The notes below the pieces were generated by a model. The model saw only the letters and a program-made list of their open reading frames with translations, had not been told where the DNA came from and made no database searches. A stretch of DNA of 64,000 bases from Nitrospirota bacterium (GTDB taxonomy: Bacteria; Nitrospirota; UBA9217): positions 896,001 to 960,000 of the forward strand of contig CAVUCU010000001.1 in assembly GCA_963740085.1 (NCBI GenBank), written 5' to 3'. How positions within the stretch are numbered: the first letter of the stretch is position 1; every line of letters begins with the position of its first letter. Shown in pieces: positions 22,795 to 32,441 of the stretch. Made by a program: the position numbers and the translations under genes.

Positions 22795-24251
22795 TATTGC
22801 CTCACAAAGATCACGCGGGGTAAACGTGCCTGCTTCGTATATTCCAGGCCATCCGGCCCCTTACGGTTCCAGACAATTATCTCTAACACCTCTTCATCCA
22901 CTACACTCTTGATGACGTCGCTGCCAATCTGCAAATACGCAACCAGCTCTGCCAAGCCATGCTGTAAGGGTTGCATCTCGCACAGTTCACGCAGGGTAAT
23001 TTGCGAACGATCCTGCAACGCGTGGCGGATGTGCCCAACCAACTGCGCTTTATCAATGACCACCTGAGAGTATAGTGCTGCCGCATCCACTTCGTCGTCA
23101 CCTGAAGCCAGCGCGATATCGGCAATCAATGGTTTGATGGCTGGGGTGTAGAGCGGCCGTTCCATGGGTAACTCGATGTCGGCAGCGGTGTCCGCTATGT
23201 TCATCACCTCACCCGATGGCGTTGATTCCCGTAAGGACAGTGCCTTGGCCTCGATACCGTGCAGAATATCCATGATTCGGCGGTTTTCAAGCCAGGCTTG
23301 GTCGTCCAGAAACCGCCGAAGTTGTTGCGAGAGCGTGGCTACCATACGCTGAGTGTGCTCCCCGGCCTCCAGCCAGTCGTAATGTACCCGGCGGGTTCTC
23401 GCGTCAGGCTTGAGCTCGACGACCGGGGGCAGGTTCAAGACCCGTTCAAGCAGCGTTGACAGTTCTTCCTGCCGGCTGCTGGACATCAGAAAATCCCAAA
23501 ATGCGCGAAAACTCCGGCCCTGATCCGAGTCGGCAATCGCATCGCGCTCGCCCATGATTTCCTGCAACAACGCGCCTTTTGAGCCCTCCCAAAGCGCAAT
23601 ACGTTCCCGGACGTGTCGATCCAGACTACGAAAGTTGTTTTCTACCTCGCGGAAATCGGTAAGCAACTCACGAGCTAGTTGCATGAACTGTTGGAAGCGG
23701 TCTTTCAGCGCTGTATCGTCCAACAACTGAATGTCATTGGACAGGACACGTGTGATTTCGGCATCAATCTCGTCGCGCCGCTTTTGCAATTCCGCAATAC
23801 GAACCTGTGGGTCGGTTTCCCTGCCCGCGCTCATCTGCTTGAGCAGCTCAAACAACGTGAGCAGGCGCGATTCGGTGCCCACGAAACTGCGCTGAGTCAG
23901 CGTCTCCAGCCAAACAATCGCCTTCTCAAGCGCCGGGGTCAGGTCGAAATGCGGTTCGTCCGACCCTTGCATATAGAACTTGCTCAGCCAACCCTTCTCA
24001 GTGCCCGCCCAGTCGTTGAGGTAATCGAGCGCCGGCTTCGGGAATGCATCCGCGCCCAATCGTTCGCGCAAGGTAAACAGTTCATCCTCAAGGGCCTCGA
24101 CCAAATCCGCCTGTGCCATCACCCGCACATTGGGTGCGATGAACACGCGCTGAAGAAAACTCGCCACCAGCGGCGCATGGTCCGAGCGCAGCAGGCGCCA
24201 AGCCGGATGGCTCTGTTTCAGCAGGTCGAGGGTAGCGTAGTCGAGGGTCAT
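22794..24251 (-). CDS. jetA: Wadjet JetA (DUF3375)
   Basis: HPAWRLLRSDHAP, FVGTESRL, SDQGRSFRAFWDFL, GLAELVAYL; first gene of an overlapping four-gene operon. Confidence 0.9.
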   Translation of the reverse strand: MTLDYATLDLLKQSHPAWRLLRSDHAPLVASFLQRVFIAPNVRVMAQADLVEALEDELFTLRERLGADAFPKPALDYLNDWAGTEKGWLSKFYMQGSDEPHFDLTPALEKAIVWLETLTQRSFVGTESRLLTLFELLKQMSAGRETDPQVRIAELQKRRDEIDAEITRVLSNDIQLLDDTALKDRFQQFMQLARELLTDFREVENNFRSLDRHVRERIALWEGSKGALLQEIMGERDAIADSDQGRSFRAFWDFLMSSSRQEELSTLLERVLNLPPVVELKPDARTRRVHYDWLEAGEHTQRMVATLSQQLRRFLDDQAWLENRRIMDILHGIEAKALSLRESTPSGEVMNIADTAADIELPMERPLYTPAIKPLIADIALASGDDEVDAAALYSQVVIDKAQLVGHIRHALQDRSQITLRELCEMQPLQHGLAELVAYLQIGSDVIKSVVDEEVLEIIVWNRKGPDGLEYTKQARLPRVIFVRQ

Positions 24252-24517
24252 ACGATATGCGCCTTCAATAGCGAATGACTCAATCAAGCATCATTTGTCA
24301 CTTAGCGTTCAGAGTATGTCGTTGACTTCTTTAAGCACATCATTTTCAAGTAATTAATTTGAGTGGCATCCACTTCGCTCAACATGAGACAAGAACGCAT
24401 CCGGCCAACATTTTTTGATGTTTTCCGCTATCGTTCGTCGCGCCTTGCCTTGTACTACGCCAGCCTTCCTCTACAACAACTTGGTAGAGTAAAAAAAGGA
24501 GACCTATGCTGTAAAAG

Positions 24518-24653
24518 TATAGATCGGCTTTGCATTTTGACCCAGCATCGGCGTTTTGATTGACCCGCCCTTTAACGTAAAATCAGTGAGTTATGACTGT
24601 TAGGTGGTTCAACCTCGACGCCGATAAGAGTCAGATTTGCAATCCGGCACACA
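24518..24653. mobile_element. IS21-like MITE / internally deleted IS
   Basis: About 50-bp imperfect terminal inverted repeats, each with tandem ATCGGCG..TTGACCC-like subrepeats, ending ..CACA; no ORF. Confidence 0.55.
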
Positions 24654-24708
24654 GCACATCGGCCATATTGTGAGTCTGGTTGTCTATGACGTATGGGATT
24701 CTCATCTT

Positions 24709-25629
24709 CTACAACCCCAGCTTCGCTTTCAGCTTGTCGAGTGCCGCAGCATGTTTTTCTTTAGTCATCTTCCGGATGTTCATGAGCTTCCACTGTATGG
24801 CCGGTAGCTTCTCAATCCCCTTGACTTCAAGAAGGTCCCACTTCGGTTGTCCTTCCTTGAGAGACACGAGAAAACCTTTTTCCGCTGCCGTTAAATCCCG
24901 CAGCAGGGTTTCAATCAGCGTTTCTCTTGCAGCAACAAGGCCCTCGTATCGGATATCCTCAACCGTCATGCCGGCAAATTCGTTTTCATAGGTTTGCCGT
25001 ACATCTTTCCGCACAGGATCAAGCAATTCGCTCAGGGGCCGGTCATGACTTGCAAGATACACAACAAAAGCCTTTCGAATTTCACCAGTGATACCTTCAT
25101 TATCCAAAAGGACTTTGATGTCAAAAAGATCCCGCGGATGCTGACGGTCTAGTGCCGCGCAAATCTTCCCCCCGTATAGATCAGCGGTTGAGAGTAATCT
25201 GGACGTAACAGATAGTTCGAACATTTCCTCAGCGCGTTTTATCAACTCGCGCTCCACCGGCGCCCAAACTGCTCCACGGATGACTTCATTCGGCTCGATT
25301 TTTATCCTGGTAGATTCATTCGATACGACAAGTTTGTTGATCAGTTTTGACCCATGCGCCCGGCTCTCCTGGATCTTGATTCCCGGCATCGCCTTCTTAA
25401 TCGCCGCCGCAATGCGAATGAGCGCTTTGCTGATGTTCGAAAGAGCCTGGTCACGGTCTTCATCAAGTGTCAAATAAGCAAGGTCAATGTCGACAGATAG
25501 ACGCGGCATGTCGCGCAAAAACAGATTAATAGCCGTGCCACCCTTGAGCGCAAAGCTCTCTTCAGCCGTCACCTGCGGGATGACCCGAAGCATCAGCAGT
25601 GCCTGTTCGAAATATGGGCTTTTTTTCAT
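24709..25629 (-). CDS. AbiEii nucleotidyltransferase toxin (type IV TA)
   Basis: FALKGGTAINLF, RLSVDIDL, GGKICAALDRQHPRDLFD. Confidence 0.93.
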   Translation of the reverse strand: MKKSPYFEQALLMLRVIPQVTAEESFALKGGTAINLFLRDMPRLSVDIDLAYLTLDEDRDQALSNISKALIRIAAAIKKAMPGIKIQESRAHGSKLINKLVVSNESTRIKIEPNEVIRGAVWAPVERELIKRAEEMFELSVTSRLLSTADLYGGKICAALDRQHPRDLFDIKVLLDNEGITGEIRKAFVVYLASHDRPLSELLDPVRKDVRQTYENEFAGMTVEDIRYEGLVAARETLIETLLRDLTAAEKGFLVSLKEGQPKWDLLEVKGIEKLPAIQWKLMNIRKMTKEKHAAALDKLKAKLGL

Positions 25630-26423
25630 GCACGCCTTCCAGGTGCGCCTTGTCCAGCGCCCGTTTCAGGCACCGAAATATTGTATTTTGTGTCGAGCCT
25701 TCCGCCCTTGACAAGCATGCGTCTGCCCTTGCCGAAATTCACTTTTGACACATCGAGCTTCTTGATCCACGCATGGCCGCAGCCTTCCGCGAGCACCATA
25801 AAGAGACGTTTGACTTTCACGGAGGTGCAGCTTTCGAGTAGACTCTGTACCAGCTTGAGGCGCGGCGTCGTAAGCCCCTCCATCAGGAGCCGCGCTTCCT
25901 TGTACGATTGTTCCTTTGGCACGAAATACAGGACTTCCATCATCGCCCGCTCGGGAGCCGAAACCTTGATCGAGAACGCGCCCATATCGCGCGTTGTATG
26001 CCAGACGGTCGCTTCATCCGCAAAAAGACGTGTTGAGGCAAAACGGATATTCAGGCCCCATTGGTATTGCGTAAACCAGGCAGGCAGCTTGGTCTCGGAT
26101 GGACCGAAAAGAAAAACCGTACTGCCTTTCCCCAGCGGCAGAAAATGCGCGTAGCCCTGCAGTTGGAGAGCGGTCTTGCCACCCGCATATATGGGAAGCG
26201 CTAATTGATTCTGGAGCGCAAAAAGCCCGCCCGTCCAGTCGATCTTGTCGCCGGATTTCGCAAACGCGCCCTGTCCCACGCGGAGTATCCAGGCGGACTT
26301 CTCGTACTCATGTACAAGCTGCTGATACACGCCCTGCTTTTCCAGCCAGCGCAGCACAGCCACCGTTCCGGACGGCCACTGCTTGAGGAGTTGGTTTATT
26401 TTAGTGCCTTTTTCACCAGCCAT
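25626..26423 (-). CDS. AbiEi antitoxin (type IV TA)
   Basis: KINQLL, GGKTALQLQG, SAPERAMME, CTSVKVKRLF; overlaps abiEii start. Confidence 0.92.
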   Translation of the reverse strand: MAGEKGTKINQLLKQWPSGTVAVLRWLEKQGVYQQLVHEYEKSAWILRVGQGAFAKSGDKIDWTGGLFALQNQLALPIYAGGKTALQLQGYAHFLPLGKGSTVFLFGPSETKLPAWFTQYQWGLNIRFASTRLFADEATVWHTTRDMGAFSIKVSAPERAMMEVLYFVPKEQSYKEARLLMEGLTTPRLKLVQSLLESCTSVKVKRLFMVLAEGCGHAWIKKLDVSKVNFGKGRRMLVKGGRLDTKYNISVPETGAGQGAPGRRA

Positions 26424-26501
26424 ACTTGTTAAATTAGCGGAAGTTTAAACTAATTGCAAGGGGAAAGTTTATTGAGGGGTGGATTTAACAAGAATAGCTT
26501 G

Positions 26502-26717
26502 TTAAATCGATGAATGGACTATTCTAACGACGTCCAGCAATCTGGTCAACTTTTCAAGAATTTGCGACGCATTTTGTGAAGCCTTTGCACCATAATTTAA
26601 CTCAGCAACAACCAAGGCGCTCAAAGCGATTTTATCGATATTGTCCTTTATCCGCTCTGCTATCGCTTTATTGCCGTTTAAAAAAGCAATGACGATATTC
26701 GTGTCCAGAAAAATCAT
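26502..26717 (-). pseudogene. 3'-truncated VapC/PIN toxin
   Basis: MIFLDTNIVIAFL, SALVVAELNYGA; stops at 71 aa, about half a PIN domain. Confidence 0.75.
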
Positions 26718-26957
26718 GCAAATCGAACCTCTCTACCATGATACTGATGCCGCTCATTCTCGACCTCCTCGAAGATCGCAACGATCGTGGCGTCATCCGA
26801 CCATGCGCCACCGAGTGACGAGATGATCTTTCGCTTTTCAGCAGACTTAAAGGCGGGTTCGATTTTGATGATAACCTTGGTGCCTTCAGAAATCTTCACT
26901 GTTTTTGGGAAGACGGATCATTCCCTTGACAATTTTACTCGTTTCCGTGAATACCAT
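26714..26957 (-). pseudogene. frameshifted antitoxin
   Basis: MVFTETSKIVKGMIRLPK joins VKISEGTKVIIKIEP..LGGAWSDD if one A is removed from the A5 run near 26902-26906. Confidence 0.65.
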
Positions 26958-27451
26958 TGTAATCTCCAGAAAACTCAGAAAACCACCATTAAAGAATCTC
27001 ACCCGTTTGCCTGCGTAAGAAATCATATCATTAGTGTATATGGAAGACAAGCGCGAAATTAAGGGCGAAGGCTATTGACTGGAGATGGTGTGCGGCCTTA
27101 CGACAACAAAGACGGAGGTAGAACGAGGTAGAACAATGAAGCAAAAACTACTACAATTCTATGACAGTTACCAAAATACTCTGAAGGAGGAATACCATGA
27201 GTCAACCGGATTTCGACTGCAATGTTGAGGAAGCGAAAGTGGCCGAGCAGGACGTGCTGGTTTTCCCATTGCCCAGTGGCGCAATGGACAGCAGGCCATG
27301 AAAGCTCTCGGGGCGTGCAATTCACCGAAAATGTGGTAATGTCAAGAATATCCGCTACCCAAAGGCTTTGCGCTTCCCTACTGGACGTTCATTCTCGGCT
27401 AACCGCCGAAGTTAAAGTATAGAGTTAACCCCTGTGTAGTTGTCGCAGGGG

Positions 27452-29926
27452 TCATTTCCTATTTCCTTCAGGCTGCGCGGCCTGCGATAGCAGCTCACCG
27501 AGAGCGGCAAAAACGGTCTTTATCGTTTTCGTTTCAGGTAAAGGTATTTTCAGGTATACGTTTCCCGTAGCATCGTCCCGGCTGATCAGAGTTTGTAGGC
27601 TTTTTTCCATCGGTTCTCCAGGCTTCGCCATCAGATCCCCTAGGCTCATCAGGAATCGAGCGCCGCTCTGAAGCAGGTCGCTCAGGGGATCACACCCGTC
27701 TTCGCGTCCATTTCCGGGATCCTCTGATACGGCCTTTGCCGCCGTTGCTACGTCGGTTTTCTCAAGTTTTTCCGCAAGCTCATCTTCTTTTTGTTTCTGC
27801 CGCTCCGCACCCGGGTCCCGCTTCACAATATTTTCCACCATCGTATCCACAGTCTGCATAAGTTTATTCAGCTGCGACTCGCCGACCAAGACCGTGTCCT
27901 GGCCATCTTTGTCAAGCGCGCCTGCGAAGACTGATTTTTTGAACTTGAGCAGCTCAAGAATGCGCTCTTCAATAGAACCTGCGGTCACGAAGTTAATCAC
28001 CTGCACCGGCTTGTTTTGACCCATACGGTGGACTCTACCGATTCGCTGTTCGAGTACCGCCGGGTTCCAAGGAATATCCATGTTGATTACGACTGAACCG
28101 CTTTGAAGATTAAGCCCCACCCCTCCGGCGTCGGTCGAGAGGAAAACGCTGCATTTCGGGTCTTCCCGAAATTTCGTGATTAAATCGCGCCGGCCCTTGG
28201 ACGGGACTCCGCCATGTAAGTGGGTGTAGCCGATATTGTTTCTCTTTAATATTATTTCCACGAGTTCGGCCATTTTGAGCCACTGGCTGAATATGACGAC
28301 TTTCTCACCGCCTTCCACTACGAGTTCCCTGAGAATGATTTCCAGCTCATCGATCTTAGGGCCGTGGATGGTCTTCTTATCCACCAGATAAGTGTTGTCT
28401 GAAACCATGCGCATAAGGGTAAGCGCGCTCATAAGTCTCTTCTGGTCAGCATCGCATAGGAATTTGTACCTTCGCCACTTGGCCACAAGTCTGGCCACGA
28501 CCTCGCGATACTCGTCATGAATGACGAATTGCTCCGGGGTCAGGGGTACTAAGAAGTTCTTGTCCGTACGCTCCGGAAGTTGCCGGAGCACCTCTTTCTT
28601 CGTCCGCCTGATCATAACGCCCTTTAGCGAGTCCCGGATAGTCTGGAGATGACGGTAGCCGGTCACTTTGCCGACATTGTCAACCATACGGTGATTGTGG
28701 ACGAAACGATAGAGGGGCCCCAGATGGAGCCGGTCGATGAACTCCATAATCGAATGTAATTCCTCGATCTTGTTTTCGAGCGGCGTTCCGGTAAGCACTA
28801 CAGCAAAGGTTGATTCGAGCCGCTTGACAGATTTTGCGGTCCGAGTGTTCCAGTTTTTTATCCGCTGCGCCTCGTCGAGGACTATGAGGTCCGGCGCCCA
28901 CGCCTTGATGGAGTCCGTGTCGCGGAATACAACCTCGTAGTTGATGACCTTGTAAAATGATTCAACCCGATACAGCCGCGCTCGCTCCGCGTTCATGCCC
29001 TCGACCACGCAGACGCTCTTATCGGTAAACTTCTCGATCTCGGCCAGCCATTGGTGCTTAAGTGAAGTGGGCGTGACGATAAGCACCTTTCCGATATTGA
29101 ATAGCCGATGCAGCATCTCCGAAGCTGCCAAGCCCTGTACGGTTTTGCCGAGGCCCATGTCATCGCCGATGAGACATCGGCCCGCACGAACCGCGAACAA
29201 CGCGCCTTCCTTCTGATAGGGGTGCAACTCGGTTTTCAGAAGTTTGGCAAATAATGGGCTCTCTATCCCCCGTTTCAGCTTCGACGCTATAACGCCTGCC
29301 CGGTGTTCCTTGTCTTGATGTTCCGCGATAAAAGCCATGACGTCGTCGTAGCAGCGCACTTCGTGATGACCAATGCGCCTAACCGCGTCAAGAAAATCAG
29401 GAAAATGGAGGATACTCTCAGGATTCAAGCTCCCCTGTGCGCCGAAAAACTTACGCGCGAGGATGCGCAACTCAGCGGGCGCGTCCGCAGCGGGCTTGAA
29501 TCGTATTTCCCGCTTCAGGCCGTAGTGCAGGAACGCCTCGGAATAGGGCAGGGCAAATCCCTCTTTGAAAGCCTTCTTCGCACCTGGTTTTTTCTCCAGC
29601 TTCGCGAGCGTGTATTCGATGTGTTTGCAGGTGCCAAGGCTGTTGATGCTGAAATCCGGACAAGAGCAGTAGTTGTCGCCCGCGGCACGCCCACGAATGG
29701 CGAGTTTGTAGGTTTTACCCGTGGCCGGGTTGGTGAGTAAAAACTCGGAAAAAATCGAATGCTCTCCGTTGTTCCGAAGAATGAACCTCTGCTGTTCACC
29801 GAACTGTTTTCTAAGAGCGCGCTGCCAGTCTTCGAGGGAAAGGTCCTCGGGTTTGTGCGTGCGAGAGACTTTCAGTTTGTGGGATTTTGATTTCTTTTTG
29901 GAAACGCCCCTTTTTAAGAATGTCAT
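27452..29926 (-). CDS. SWIM zinc finger + SNF2-family helicase
   Basis: CSCPDF..TCKH SWIM, DDMGLGKT, LDEAQRIKN, LTGTP, STDAGGVGLNLQ, EQRIGRVHRMGQ. Confidence 0.93.
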   Translation of the reverse strand: MTFLKRGVSKKKSKSHKLKVSRTHKPEDLSLEDWQRALRKQFGEQQRFILRNNGEHSIFSEFLLTNPATGKTYKLAIRGRAAGDNYCSCPDFSINSLGTCKHIEYTLAKLEKKPGAKKAFKEGFALPYSEAFLHYGLKREIRFKPAADAPAELRILARKFFGAQGSLNPESILHFPDFLDAVRRIGHHEVRCYDDVMAFIAEHQDKEHRAGVIASKLKRGIESPLFAKLLKTELHPYQKEGALFAVRAGRCLIGDDMGLGKTVQGLAASEMLHRLFNIGKVLIVTPTSLKHQWLAEIEKFTDKSVCVVEGMNAERARLYRVESFYKVINYEVVFRDTDSIKAWAPDLIVLDEAQRIKNWNTRTAKSVKRLESTFAVVLTGTPLENKIEELHSIMEFIDRLHLGPLYRFVHNHRMVDNVGKVTGYRHLQTIRDSLKGVMIRRTKKEVLRQLPERTDKNFLVPLTPEQFVIHDEYREVVARLVAKWRRYKFLCDADQKRLMSALTLMRMVSDNTYLVDKKTIHGPKIDELEIILRELVVEGGEKVVIFSQWLKMAELVEIILKRNNIGYTHLHGGVPSKGRRDLITKFREDPKCSVFLSTDAGGVGLNLQSGSVVINMDIPWNPAVLEQRIGRVHRMGQNKPVQVINFVTAGSIEERILELLKFKKSVFAGALDKDGQDTVLVGESQLNKLMQTVDTMVENIVKRDPGAERQKQKEDELAEKLEKTDVATAAKAVSEDPGNGREDGCDPLSDLLQSGARFLMSLGDLMAKPGEPMEKSLQTLISRDDATGNVYLKIPLPETKTIKTVFAALGELLSQAAQPEGNRK

Positions 29927-30069
29927 GGGATTAGTTCCTTTTATCTAGGGTTCTGCGCATGAAAATCATGATTGGAATATAGCAGAAAGCCGGGGATTGA
30001 AACAAGGAAAAAATCTGCCAACAACGTAATGCTTTCGTATGGTCACTCATTTAAAGGTACACTGTCAAC

Positions 30070-30399
30070 TCATGCACATGCAGCCTCATTGTGGTAATAC
30101 GCAGAGCCATTCTTGACGTTGAATGGGAGCGTCGCTGGGCCTTTGTCTTGATCGTGGGGCAGCAATATCAACACATTTCCCCTGTTCTGTTGGTTGCGCT
30201 CCTAATGGTAGTGCTCGACATACTCTGCTATCGTGCGCCGAAGACCTCTTTTTTCGAGGAGAATTACGTTTGATAAGCACTCTTCTTTGATGGCCCTAAC
30301 CCATCCTTCTGGCTATGCATTTAAATTGGGGTTTCGGTGAGGAAGGGCGATGCTTCTGACTCCATCTCCTTCGAGTGTCTTCAGAATGGATGGGCAGTA
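30070..30399 (-). pseudogene. decayed DDE transposase (integrase core) fragment
   Basis: Reads LPHRNPNLNA*PEGWVRAIKEECL..EYVEHYH*ERNQQ..YYHNEAA with internal stops. Confidence 0.75.
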
Positions 30400-30583
30400 G
30401 AGGGGTTTTCATGGTGGGTATTCTGACAAAAACGAATTGTTAATACTATTGAAGGAAAAACTACGACAATTCTATGACAGTTGGAAGAATAGGAATTACA
30501 GATACTGCCGCAATTCTATGAAATGTTTGGACTCTTCATCGGGAGATGAACATTTGTTATCGCCCCTATAGTACGCAAAATAA

Positions 30584-30612
30584 AATGAGTTACGAAAGCA
30601 TCGTAACTCATT
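30584..30612 (-). terminator. hairpin downstream of tRNA-Glu
   Basis: AATGAGTTACG/CGTAACTCATT stem; similar hairpins precede the other two att copies. Confidence 0.65.
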
Positions 30613-30629
30613 AAATTAATTTACTTAAT

Positions 30630-30707
30630 TGGCGTCCCCAAGGGGATTCGAACCCCTGTTATCGCCGTGAAAGGGCGGTGTCCTGGGCCGGGCTAGACGA
30701 TGGGGAC
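30630..30707 (-). tRNA. tRNA-Glu (TTC)
   Basis: GTCCCCA acceptor, CT-TTC-AC anticodon loop, GGTTCGAATCC T arm, encoded CCA. Confidence 0.96.
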
Positions 30708-30715
30708 GGATATTC

Positions 30716-30816
30716 AACTGCATATTGCAAATTGGAAATTGCAAATTGCAAACTTCAAAATGAACAGCATCAGCACTGCATTTTACAATTTCCAATATTC
30801 ACTCTACAATTCCAAT
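30716..30816. repeat. 7-bp tandem repeats in inverted arrangement (TGCAAAT-type)
   Basis: TGCAAAT-TGGAAAT-TGCAAAT-TGCAAAC then TTACAAT/TCCAAT units. Confidence 0.65.
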
Positions 30817-30828
30817 ACCTAAGGTAAC

Positions 30829-30904
30829 TGGTGAGCCGGCTGGGACTCGAACCCAGGACACCCGCCTTAAAAGGGCGGTGCTCTACCAACTGAGCTACCG
30901 GCCC
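30829..30904 (-). tRNA. tRNA-Lys (TTT)
   Basis: GGGCCGG acceptor, AGCTCAGTTGGTAGAGC D arm, CT-TTT-AA loop, GTTCGAG, CCA; 76 nt. Confidence 0.96.
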
Positions 30905-30982
30905 GCTCTCGCGGTATTCTTTAAAGCTGCATATAATAACAAGGATTCATCGTTGTTGTCAACAACATTATACGCTTACGGA

Positions 30983-31076
30983 AAATTCCAAATTACAAAT
31001 GACAAATCACCGATAATCACCAAACACCAAATCTCAATGACCAAACGTTTGGAGCTTCGAATTTGGATATTGGAAT

Positions 31077-31078
<2 letters not shown>
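30983..31078. repeat. 7-bp tandem repeat hairpin (CCAAAT-type)
   Basis: TCCAAAT-TACAAAT-GACAAAT... paired with ATTTGGA-TATTGGA. Confidence 0.6.
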
Positions 31079-32432
<1,354 letters not shown>

Positions 32433-32441
32433 TCAGATCTG

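Larger units (their letters stand above)
15812..30676. mobile_element. integrase-less defence island A at tRNA-Glu
   Basis: Bounded by 47-bp direct repeats; arm-like CTAC(G/T)ACAATTCTA(C/T)GACAG at 16006, 27148 and 30461; defence and TA cargo. Confidence 0.85.

Noticed and set aside
27198-27422. Short plus-strand ORFs after the internal arm repeat
   Set aside because: Fragmentary, no recognisable family
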